A DNA stretch of 64,000 nt from an uncultured Spirochaetales bacterium. Lineage in GTDB: Bacteria; Spirochaetota; Spirochaetia; CAZAKE01. Under the pieces are notes generated by a model, which did no database searches, was not told where the DNA came from, and saw nothing but the letters and a program-made list of their open reading frames with translations. Positions 16,704 to 27,872 of the stretch are shown here, piece after piece (position 1 is the first letter of the stretch; every line of letters begins with the position of its first letter). The position numbers were made by a program, and so were the translations under genes. The stretch spans positions 7,906 through 71,905 of the forward strand of contig CAZAKE010000001.1 in the NCBI GenBank assembly GCA_964485495.1, read 5' to 3'.

Positions 16704-18348
16704 TCGAAACCTTCTCGCCTTGGCGAATACCGATCCGGGACTCGCGTCGATGGTTACCGAGGCCGAGTACGATCCGGCAATACGATTCGAAACGGCGAGA
16801 ACCGGAGATCCCGTGCCGGTTCTCCGTACTTCAAACCGCGATATCTTCCTGCACTCGAGGTTCGATCCCCGTAAGGAAGCCCGACGGTTGTGTGACTCCT
16901 ACCCGAATGGCGGATACTTCGTGTTTCTCGGCTTCGGCGGTGCGTATCAGATCCTCCCGTTTTTGGAGAAGACCGATACCCTGGCCGTGACAATCATCGT
17001 TCGACGATTGGGCCACTTCAGGACGGTCCTCGCCCATCTGGATCTACGGAAGCTGTTGATGGACCCACGTGTCTCTATCCTGGTAGATCCGGATCACGTC
17101 CGACTGCATGGCCATATCCTGAACCACTACCATCCTGCCCTGCTGGGAGACATGCACGTCGTTCCGCTGCGCTCCATCTATGATGTCGAACCGGAGACCT
17201 TCGAGGCCTACATCACGGAAATCAGGGAAGTTCTCGGTAATATCGCGGACGACTATACCGTTCAGACACGGTTCGGAAAACGCTGGTTTATCAATACCAT
17301 CATGAATTTACCGTTTGCCGAGATCTCGTCATACAGACTACCCCAGGTAAAACGGGCAGCCGTCACGGGTGCCGGTCCCTCATTGGACATACAACTACCC
17401 CACCTGCGGCGTATTCGTGATGATGTATTTCTCATTGCCACGGATACCTCGCTGCCTTGCCTGGGGCGGAACGGCATCGTGCCGGACCTGGTGATCTCCA
17501 TCGATTGTCAACACGTGACGTATCACCACTTTCTCGACGGCATACCCGAGGGGGTACCGCTGCTGCTCGATCTCGCCTCGCCTCCATCCATCACCCGACT
17601 CACCGACAGGCTTTTGTTTTTTCAGAGCGGACATCCCTTCTCGCAGTATGTTGCCCGCTACTGGCGGCAATTCCCGTATATCGACATCACCGGTGGAAAC
17701 GTGAGTCACGCCGCCGTCTCTCTCTCCGACGAACTCGGGGCGGAGGAGATCATCCTGTTTGGACTCGACTTCTCCTATCCCGAGGGCAAGACCTATGCGA
17801 AGGGAACCTATGTATACCGATATTTCAGGAAGGATGAGACGCGGCTCAGACCCTGTGAGAGTCAGGCATTCGCGTTTCTCCTGAGGAACGAGAATATAAT
17901 CAAGGAACCGCTGGGATCTGTATTCCGATATACCACGAAGCCGATGATCAGTTATAAAGAACGATTGGAACGGGTCTCCGGCAGTCTGTCCGCCCGATTG
18001 CATCAGGTGGAGGGCATCGGGCTCGAGCTCCGGACGAATTCGCCTCTGAAGAGACGACCACGGAATCTCGGTCTTCTCTTCTCCGCCGGGGCCTCAGACG
18101 GCACTTGGATGGAATTCGTTTCGGACTACCTCGACCGTATCAGGAATCTACCTGATCCGTCCGGTGAATATCCGGGTTACCTTACGACCCTCGACACGAT
18201 GGATTTGGATCTATGGAAAACAATGTATCCTGCGGCCGCATCGATCCGCAGAGAACTCCCGGAAGGCTCCTTCGGACCGTTGGAGGTCATGTCGAAGGCG
18301 CGTGATTGGACGGTCAGAATACTCGGTCAGGCGTTGAATCGGGGTTGA
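16678..18348 (+). CDS. Maf/DUF115 (MptE-like) family protein, putative flagellin glycosyltransferase, copy 2
   Basis: LHSRFDPRKEA, FLGFGG, FGKRWFINTIMNL, GAGPSLD, IATDTSL, PDLVISID, GGNVSHAA, LFGLDFSY. Confidence 0.85.
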   Translation: MPADSQILDRNLLALANTDPGLASMVTEAEYDPAIRFETARTGDPVPVLRTSNRDIFLHSRFDPRKEARRLCDSYPNGGYFVFLGFGGAYQILPFLEKTDTLAVTIIVRRLGHFRTVLAHLDLRKLLMDPRVSILVDPDHVRLHGHILNHYHPALLGDMHVVPLRSIYDVEPETFEAYITEIREVLGNIADDYTVQTRFGKRWFINTIMNLPFAEISSYRLPQVKRAAVTGAGPSLDIQLPHLRRIRDDVFLIATDTSLPCLGRNGIVPDLVISIDCQHVTYHHFLDGIPEGVPLLLDLASPPSITRLTDRLLFFQSGHPFSQYVARYWRQFPYIDITGGNVSHAAVSLSDELGAEEIILFGLDFSYPEGKTYAKGTYVYRYFRKDETRLRPCESQAFAFLLRNENIIKEPLGSVFRYTTKPMISYKERLERVSGSLSARLHQVEGIGLELRTNSPLKRRPRNLGLLFSAGASDGTWMEFVSDYLDRIRNLPDPSGEYPGYLTTLDTMDLDLWKTMYPAAASIRRELPEGSFGPLEVMSKARDWTVRILGQALNRG

Positions 18349-19188
18349 TCAATACAGAACACCGGCATAGCCGACGAAGGAATCGGCGGGATGGTTGTCA
18401 TAGCTGGATGCATACCCCACCAGATCGCCGGTGCTTCTTCCGCTTTTCATGGCAAAACGACAGGCGGCGGCGGCGGCTCCCGCAGAGCAGGCCGAGTCGT
18501 CCTCCGCTGCCGCCCGTACCATCTCCTCGGGACGACATTCCAAGGCCGCATCGATGAATCTGCGATCGTTCACGCTTCGCACCCACTCGACGGCGTCTTC
18601 GCCGGTTCCTCGTGGTGAGAATCCGTAGTTCGGACCGTAATGCGTCAGATCGGTTGATCCGATGAACACGGCGGACCGTCCCGCGGATTCCGCCATCGCG
18701 GCCACGGTCTCTCCGATCCGAATCGATATATCGGAGGGTGGCAGCCGTATCGCCAGGACGGGCACATCGGGGAAACGATACTTGATCATCGGCAGTTGGA
18801 CCTCGATCGTGTTGTCTGCATACCGGTCGGGCATAAACCGGATTCCCGATTTCTCCAACCTGGAGAGAAAATCACCATCGGTTCGAACTACGCCGAGGGG
18901 AGTCTCCATTCCGTCGTCGTAGACGGCCAGCGGATCGGCGCTACGCGGCAGATGACCACCGGCTATGATGACGAGATCCGCATCCCGAAGAGCCGATATC
19001 ACCCGGTATGCCAGAGCTCCCGAGAATGCCCAGCCGGCGTGGGGAACAACTCCGGCGGCACCGTTTGCGCGGCTCCTATTCTCACTCCCACTTTTTTCGT
19101 TCCCGCCCCAGCGGCGAAGCAACACGTCTATCTCACGTTCATCCCGCGGATACCATCCGGGTGGAAGGGACATCTTTCGAACGGCCAT
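18349..19188 (-). CDS. AmmeMemoRadiSam system protein B (MEMO1 family)
   Basis: PPGWYP, VVPHAGWAFSG, GGH, TPLG, DNTIEVQLP, STDLTHYGPNYGF, SACS, SFVGYA; SD GAGGAG. Confidence 0.9.
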   Translation of the reverse strand: MAVRKMSLPPGWYPRDEREIDVLLRRWGGNEKSGSENRSRANGAAGVVPHAGWAFSGALAYRVISALRDADLVIIAGGHLPRSADPLAVYDDGMETPLGVVRTDGDFLSRLEKSGIRFMPDRYADNTIEVQLPMIKYRFPDVPVLAIRLPPSDISIRIGETVAAMAESAGRSAVFIGSTDLTHYGPNYGFSPRGTGEDAVEWVRSVNDRRFIDAALECRPEEMVRAAAEDDSACSAGAAAAACRFAMKSGRSTGDLVGYASSYDNHPADSFVGYAGVLY

Positions 19189-19206
19189 ACGATTCTCCTC
19201 GTCATA

Positions 19207-19260
19207 GGATTAATCCGCCGGCAGAGGAAACCATCGAGATGCATACGGTAATCGATTACC
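19207..19260. promoter_or_regulatory. Two perfect palindromes (GGATTAATCC and GGTAATCGATTACC), candidate operators
   Basis: At 19207-19216 and 19247-19260, in a divergent intergenic region; both are built from GATTA/TAATC half-sites. Confidence 0.45.
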
Positions 19261-19329
19261 ATACCCGTGCGGTGCCAAAAGAATAAAAAAGGTTTCCCCT
19301 ACTTCGCATTTTTCTATATACTACGATAC

Positions 19330-20511
19330 ATGAGCAGGTTGGCAAAGTATCTGGTAATCGGCTGCACGGTACTAGTCGTGGGGGTGTGCGCCTATTTTGT
19401 AATGACGACCCTCTATCGGAGGACCAACCGTATCACCGAATCGGAGTCTGCGTTTCATCTCGGTATGGCGCGACTCGATTCGGTGCTTCAGAAGGGTGCA
19501 TCATTCGCCTCTGCAGAGTGGAAATCCGCGGTCCGCGGGCTTTTTACGGATGATCCGGAACTTACCGCGCTGATCGTGTATGGATTCGATTCCGGGATCG
19601 AATATCTGTTCGCTCGCAAAGAAGCCGATTCGTTCCGATCACTGCTTACCGACGATTGGAAAGGACAACCGGGGTATGAAACAACGACGATGATGCATCA
19701 CGTATCGTCCGATTCCTTCGTTTCCCGTCCCGGCATGTTCGTAGATATGGTTTTCACCGTATTCGACAGTACACACTACGTTCCGCTGTTAAAGAAGGTC
19801 GCGGTAGCGATCATGGCATACCTCACCTCCGTGATCCTGATCGTAGGGCTCATCACAAGACGGCCCTCTCAGTCGCTATACCGTCCTCAGTTCGCCGAAG
19901 GACCGAAGAATCCGACAAACACAAACAAGGAAACGAGGCGGGAAAGATCATTCATGAAACGTACCGTAAAGGCCGACTCTGTGGATACGTTTCATCCTGT
20001 CGCTGAAAACCGCACCGCCAGCCTTTATTCGCCCGATACGGGACTCGGATGGAAAGCATTCTTGAATGAACGACTCGATCACGAGCTGAAACGGGCGGCG
20101 TCCTTCGATCAGGACTTAGCGTTGGCGGTGTTTCGGTGCGTGGGTTTCGATGTCGAAAACTATCACCAGGTGATCGCACAACTTCATGAGCTGTTCACCT
20201 TTAAGGACCTGAATTTCGAACTGAGCGACCGGGAGTTCTGTGTAATCATGCCGAATATGGATCTCTACCAAGGCACGGTACGCGTCGAGGCGTATCTCAA
20301 GCAGGTGAAACCGCTCCTGAATGACGGAACACGCAAGATTTCGGTTGGAATGAGTACGAGGAATGGAAGATTACTGAACGCCCACCGCCTCATACAAGAG
20401 GCACTCAGCTCACTCAATAAGGCTGCCAAAACCTCGGTGAGCTCGATCATCGCATTCAAGACAGACCCCAAAAAATACCGCTCCTATATCGCCGGGCACA
20501 CGGCACACTGA
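19330..20511 (+). CDS. Membrane-anchored protein with a degenerate GGDEF-like domain
   Basis: Two TM helices flank a periplasmic domain. The C-terminus has ERLDHELKRA...LALAVF...FELSDREFCVIMP...ISVGMS, with GGDEF replaced by SDREF. ATG at 19330 is preceded by TATACT-N7. Confidence 0.75.
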   Translation: MSRLAKYLVIGCTVLVVGVCAYFVMTTLYRRTNRITESESAFHLGMARLDSVLQKGASFASAEWKSAVRGLFTDDPELTALIVYGFDSGIEYLFARKEADSFRSLLTDDWKGQPGYETTTMMHHVSSDSFVSRPGMFVDMVFTVFDSTHYVPLLKKVAVAIMAYLTSVILIVGLITRRPSQSLYRPQFAEGPKNPTNTNKETRRERSFMKRTVKADSVDTFHPVAENRTASLYSPDTGLGWKAFLNERLDHELKRAASFDQDLALAVFRCVGFDVENYHQVIAQLHELFTFKDLNFELSDREFCVIMPNMDLYQGTVRVEAYLKQVKPLLNDGTRKISVGMSTRNGRLLNAHRLIQEALSSLNKAAKTSVSSIIAFKTDPKKYRSYIAGHTAH

Positions 20512-20576
20512 TCGCGGCGTTTTCGGTACGATACATCCCTCTCTTCGGATAGAGTCACTTCGCCTGCAGGTGATTA

Positions 20577-21503
20577 CTATTCTTGGTTCGGTATCTCTAT
20601 CACCATCCTGTCACGGGTGAGAAAGGTCTCATCGAAGATCTCACGGGCTTCCCGTAATAGATGCTTGAGTTCGACAGAGGTATACCGTGGACTGTAATGG
20701 ATCAAGCCGAGTCGCTTTACCCGCGCGTCTGATGCGATCCGGGCCGCCTGCGCGGAGGTAAGATGGCGCTTCTCCGCCGCACTCTCCTCGAGGTCCTTCG
20801 TGAACATCCCCTCACAGATGAGCAGATCCGAATCGGTGACATTCGGTGCGATATAGGGCTTGTATAGGGTGTCGGTGACGTAACTAACCTTCCGTCCTTT
20901 CCGCTTCGGCCCGAGCACATCCTGTGGACGAACCGACGTTCCATGTTCCGATGTAACCGTCTCGCCACTTTGCAATCTGGACCAGAGTGGCCCTTTCGGA
21001 ACGCCGGCTTCGATGGCCTTCTCGGGATAAAATATGCCGGGACGCTTCTCTTCAACCAGGGTATACCCGATACATGGCTTCGTGTGGTTCAATCCGAAGG
21101 CTCGCACCTCGAACCCGTCTCCTCGGAACACCACGCCGGGTTCCGTGACCTCATGCACGATTATCTCGTAGTTGATATACATGTCGAGTACGCTGCGATT
21201 CATCTTCACGTATTCCGCGATCTTCGGCGGACCGATGATATACAGCGGTTCGTCACGGTCGACCTGTGACGAGAGCATGAGCATACCCGGGAGACCGGTT
21301 ACATGGTCTGCATGGGTATGAGAGATGAATATTGCGGTGATCTTCTTCCACCGCAGATTTAACTTTTTCAGAGAAACCTGAGTTCCTTCACCGCAATCGA
21401 ATAGAAACAACTCCCCTTCCCGGCGCATCAATACCGATGTCAAGAAGCGTCCGGGTAGCGGCATCATTCCACCGCATCCCAATACGAACAGTTCTAAATT
21501 CAT
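20577..21503 (-). CDS. rnz: Ribonuclease Z
   Basis: LFDCGEGTQ, HTHADH, LNHTKPC, exosite GVPKGPLWSRLQSG, TDT, CEGMF, HLT, LIHYSPRY. Confidence 0.96.
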   Translation of the reverse strand: MNLELFVLGCGGMMPLPGRFLTSVLMRREGELFLFDCGEGTQVSLKKLNLRWKKITAIFISHTHADHVTGLPGMLMLSSQVDRDEPLYIIGPPKIAEYVKMNRSVLDMYINYEIIVHEVTEPGVVFRGDGFEVRAFGLNHTKPCIGYTLVEEKRPGIFYPEKAIEAGVPKGPLWSRLQSGETVTSEHGTSVRPQDVLGPKRKGRKVSYVTDTLYKPYIAPNVTDSDLLICEGMFTKDLEESAAEKRHLTSAQAARIASDARVKRLGLIHYSPRYTSVELKHLLREAREIFDETFLTRDRMVIEIPNQE

Positions 21504-21633
21504 TCCATGAGTACCGCTTTCTCTGTAGTTTTAGAGGAGACACACGTCCACCCACCGGTGCCGGACCGAAAGGACCCTTCACCCACAGGCGGAATAGCGT
21601 TGAGACCCGCAACGCACTTCTGCAATATGCAGA

Positions 21634-24121
<2,488 letters not shown>

Positions 24122-24129
<8 letters not shown>

Positions 24130-25201
24130 GGTTTTCCTCCGGACCAGTCGCGTTTAAGGTACGCTGTATGACGCGGGCTCTCGTGTAGTTAATCAAATTC
24201 GAGTCGGACCCGCATTCTTGGCTGTCGATTAGGTATTGCATATGAGCCTTTTGGGACAGGAACAGGAGCGCATCGATTCGCTTTAACGGCAGGTCGAGTA
24301 GACCCACGGTAACACCGAAACGAATGACCGTCAGAAGTTCCTTCGCCTCCTTTGCAGTAATTTTGCGGCAATGGGTCAAGACGCCGTACGCTCGATACAC
24401 CTCATCTTCGATATCGATGCGACACTTCTCGAACAACTCGCCGCGTGCTTTCCTCTCATAACGTACTAATTGTTGCGAAACAGATTCAAGCCTTTCGAGC
24501 TGCTGTTCCTCACTCGTGCCGATACAGAGCTGATCGGAGACCTGATAGAGATCACCGAGAGAACGATCTTCATCATCGCTGAAGTATCCTCGAACATCAA
24601 AGCCCAACTGGACGACGTTTTTCACTGTTTTTTCCATCATATTCGTCCGTTCGAGACCGGGCAGATGCAACAGGACGGATCCCCGGAGGCCGGTGCCGGT
24701 ATCCGAAAGATCGGTACACAGATACCCATATTCCAATGAGAAGGCGTAGGCGAGCAGATCTGCAATGCTGTCGTCGTACTTCTGAATATCCGTCCAGGCG
24801 TCATCGATCCGGAGCCCCCCTCGAAAACAGGATAATCTGAGGTGATCGGTTTCATTGATCATCGCGGCCATGAAGCCATCGGAATCGAGTACCACTGCAT
24901 TCTTCGCATCCAAGGCAAAATGTTGTGAAATGAACCGACGTTCCGACAACATTCGGCGAATTGTCGGCGGGTATTCCTCGAGATACGCTACCATCAACGG
25001 AGTTTCTACGCCGATTTTTTGCATAACATCCTCGAATCGTTCCCGAACGGTGTCGAGTTCCTCTCGAGTGGCGATACCGGGGAAGGTGTGCCCGGACAAA
25101 TTTCGGGCGACTCGAACCTTCGTCGAGAGCACGACGTCTTCGGAAGGTCCGGACTCGGAAAACCATCCGCTTGTGCTTTCGATATCGCTAAACGTCAGCA
25201 T
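24122..25201 (-). CDS. mcsB: McsB-like ATP:guanido phosphotransferase (protein arginine kinase family) with altered catalytic motifs
   Basis: VVLSTKVRVARNL, INETDHLR, GYLCTDLSDTGTGLRGSVLLHLPGL, GDLYQVSDQ; lies between mcsA and clpC. Confidence 0.9.
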
Positions 25202-25710
25202 TCGACCTCACCGGCTTCATCTCCTATCGTCTTTATCTTATCACGGATTACTGCGGCCGTCTCGTAGTCTTCACAATCGACGGCCTCTTTCAACCGACTC
25301 CTCAATACCTCTCTATCGATGAGTATCTTCTTGTATCTGAGGAGCTGCTTCGGTATCTTTCCGGTATGCCGAGTCGATCCGGACATGTTCTCCAGATACC
25401 GGTTGATCTCTCGCTTGAATACGGAATAACATTCGGCGCAACCGACCCTGCCCTTCTTCCGCAAGTCCTTCAATTTCGTGCCGCATTCGGGGCACTCCGC
25501 ATTCTCGGTCCGCCGCTTCCCGCTCTCCCTGGTCGCCAGCAATCCGTCAAATAGGTTCGCAAGAGACAACTCTATCTTATCGTTATTGGCGGAGATTCCC
25601 TTCTCTCCGGCACACTCCTCACAGAGATGAAGATCAATAATCTCGTTTCCGATAATCTGCTGCACATGGATGATCGCATCCTGATCCCCACAGATTTCGC
25701 ATTTCTTCAA
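25195..25710 (-). CDS. mcsA: McsA (CXXC x4 plus UVR domain)
   Basis: CEIC, LCEEC, CPECG, GCAECY, HTGKIP, AVDCEDYETAAVIRDKI. TTG start with SD GGGGA. Confidence 0.92.
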   Translation of the reverse strand: MKKCEICGDQDAIIHVQQIIGNEIIDLHLCEECAGEKGISANNDKIELSLANLFDGLLATRESGKRRTENAECPECGTKLKDLRKKGRVGCAECYSVFKREINRYLENMSGSTRHTGKIPKQLLRYKKILIDREVLRSRLKEAVDCEDYETAAVIRDKIKTIGDEAGEVEC

Positions 25711-25727
25711 AATGATCCCCCATATCT

Positions 25728-25756
25728 ATACTAATAAAAAAGCCGCCAATTTTCAG
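25728..25756 (-). promoter_or_regulatory. Predicted mcsA promoter CTGAAA-N17-TAGTAT
   Basis: -35 at 25756-25751 lies in the terminator loop; -10 at 25733-25728. Confidence 0.5.
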
Positions 25757-25762
25757 GCGACT
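25733..25762 (-). terminator. Intrinsic terminator downstream of the lol operon
   Basis: Minus strand AGUCGCC-UGAAAAUU-GGCGGCU-UUUUUAUU: a 7-bp stem with a U tract. Confidence 0.75.
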
Positions 25763-25848
25763 TTCGAAAAATATACTAAATTTCTTCCGAAATGTACACC
25801 TTGCTGTATTGAAATCCACACATGCCTCGTATCGACGATGACTATCGG

Positions 25849-27153
25849 TCAGTGTTTTCTCAGAATATACAGCGGTCTCACCTGTCCCGCCCGAACGGCG
25901 GGTAGAAACGCGGCCAGGACCGAGCATACAAGGGCGATCACCATTACCCCGGCGAGTTCGTAAAACGGCAGTATAATCGGAATCTCTTCGAGATAATATT
26001 CCGGATTCAGCACTCGATATTCTGTCGCCGGGAGCGGAAAAAACGGCCCCATCATCAGCCGCAACACGGTATTGAGACGCAGAATACCGGATTCGAGCAG
26101 CCGTATGATCTCATTCACCCTGACCCCGACGAGAAGGCCGATCGCGATCCCTGTGATGGTTCCGATGAACCCGATTGTTACGGCACCACCGAGAAAAATC
26201 AATGTGATCGACCTCGGAGAGGCCCCGAAACTCTTCATAATCGCTATTTCGGGCATATTTTCCAACACGAGCATGGTCGTCGCTGATGAGATGTTGGAGA
26301 CGGCTACCACCACGATGACCCCCATGATGAAGAGTAGCAGCACCTTCGTCGACCGAAGACTCCTGTAGAGTGATCGGTCGATCTGATACCAGGTATATAC
26401 ATACCAGTTATTGGGAACCTGTTCCGCCACCATCATGGCGACCCGATCGATGTGATCGAAGGGATCTTCCGTCCTCAAGCCGACAAACCCGCTCCCCCCT
26501 CCGCCGAACAAGCGCCGGCCCAGTTTCAGCGGTATGTAGACTGTCATCGAATCCAGCTGCCTGTATCCACTGGAGAAGATCCCGTCCACTATGAGACGAC
26601 TCGGTCGAAGCACGGGCGACCTCCCTCGCTCCGTCCGGGCGGTCAACAGTACTATCTGATCTCCCGGTGCGACACCAAGGGTTTCGGCGGCGCCGGTACT
26701 CAGCAGAATGGACCGTTCACCGGAGAAAGTAAGATCACCCGCCTCCGCCGTTACGTAGCCGATGAAATCCCGGTCGGAGGCAAACTCCTCCGGAGGTAGC
26801 GCCCGTACGGAGACTCCGGTCTTGCCGGAACTCGAGTATGCCAGTCCGGTACCCTGGATGACCGGGACTACTCGTATGACTTCAGGGACCACCGAGCAGG
26901 CTTTCGTGAGATCGCGGACGTCCTCCTCGGACGGGACGGAGAAACTCCTCAACTGAAGGTGATAGGAACCGAGTTCGATATACCGTTCGGTGATGCCACG
27001 GATCATCCCGTTGGTCACGATGAGTACCACCACCAGCGGCACGAGGGCCAGACATATTCCCACCGCGGCACCACGCAGATATCCTCCGGGACGTCCGCCG
27101 CCTGCCGATTGCAAGTTCTTCTTCGTTACCGATACGATTGCCCGAATGTTCAT
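25849..27153 (-). CDS. Lipoprotein-releasing ABC transporter permease (LolC/LolE, FtsX family)
   Basis: VLIVTNG, VDGIFSSG, YTWYQID, EIAIMKSFGASP, YYLEEIP, PAVRAG. Confidence 0.9.
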   Translation of the reverse strand: MNIRAIVSVTKKNLQSAGGGRPGGYLRGAAVGICLALVPLVVVLIVTNGMIRGITERYIELGSYHLQLRSFSVPSEEDVRDLTKACSVVPEVIRVVPVIQGTGLAYSSSGKTGVSVRALPPEEFASDRDFIGYVTAEAGDLTFSGERSILLSTGAAETLGVAPGDQIVLLTARTERGRSPVLRPSRLIVDGIFSSGYRQLDSMTVYIPLKLGRRLFGGGGSGFVGLRTEDPFDHIDRVAMMVAEQVPNNWYVYTWYQIDRSLYRSLRSTKVLLLFIMGVIVVVAVSNISSATTMLVLENMPEIAIMKSFGASPRSITLIFLGGAVTIGFIGTITGIAIGLLVGVRVNEIIRLLESGILRLNTVLRLMMGPFFPLPATEYRVLNPEYYLEEIPIILPFYELAGVMVIALVCSVLAAFLPAVRAGQVRPLYILRKH

Positions 27154-27872
27154 GCCGTATGGATTCTTCCCTTCTCAATCGTGAGCATCCTGTTCCCCTT
27201 GGCTCCCAAGGCTCGATCGTGGGTCACGAGAATCATGGTCTTGCCACGATCGGTTACCAGAGCGAAGAGCAGATCGGCGATCAACTCGGCATTGCCCGCA
27301 TCGAGGTTTCCCGTCGGTTCATCCGCCAGTATCAGGGAAGGATCGTTGACCAACGCCCTCGCAACCGCGACTCGCTGACGTTCTCCCCCGGAGAGTTGTG
27401 CGGGTATATGGTCCATCCTCTCATCGAGGCCTACCTGCCGCAGGAGTGAGCGGGCGGTTTCCCGGGCCCGTCCCATGGAGGTGCCGGCCATGAGTGCCGG
27501 CAGCATGACATTCTCCAAGGCGGTGAAGTCCTTCAGCAGGTAGTGGAACTGAAATATGAGGCCGATTATCCGAGATCGGTACTCCGTCAGATCTTCCTCC
27601 CGTGACGAGGCGACATCGTTCCCGACAACGGTAATGGTGCCTTCGGTAGGCCGGTCGAGGCCGGCGATCAGATTGATGAGGGTACTCTTTCCGCAGCCGC
27701 TGGCGCCGGAGATGGTCACGGTCTCTCCCTCAGCAATCTCAAGAAACACATCATCGAGAATCCGGAGTCGCTCGGGACCGTTTTCATAGACTTTCGTCAT
27801 TCGGCGTACATCCACCACGATGTTCGAGGGACTGTTCGGTTGATTTTTTCGATTCTCCGATACCATCTTCAT
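27150..27872 (-). CDS. lolD: Lipoprotein-releasing ABC transporter ATP-binding protein
   Basis: GASGCGKST, LolD motif FQFHYLLKDFTALENV, LSGGERQR, ADEPTGNLD, VTHD. Confidence 0.92.
   Translation of the reverse strand: MKMVSENRKNQPNSPSNIVVDVRRMTKVYENGPERLRILDDVFLEIAEGETVTISGASGCGKSTLINLIAGLDRPTEGTITVVGNDVASSREEDLTEYRSRIIGLIFQFHYLLKDFTALENVMLPALMAGTSMGRARETARSLLRQVGLDERMDHIPAQLSGGERQRVAVARALVNDPSLILADEPTGNLDAGNAELIADLLFALVTDRGKTMILVTHDRALGAKGNRMLTIEKGRIHTA

Noticed and set aside
21535-21600. SRP (4.5S) RNA suggested by a CC-GAAA-GG tetraloop
   Set aside because: The flanking CAGG and AGCAG helix-8 motifs are absent.
25711-25848. ctsR gene, CtsR box or CIRCE element before mcsA
   Set aside because: The gap is only 138 bp; no GTCAAA heptad repeat and no TTAGCACTC-N9-GAGTGCTAA.
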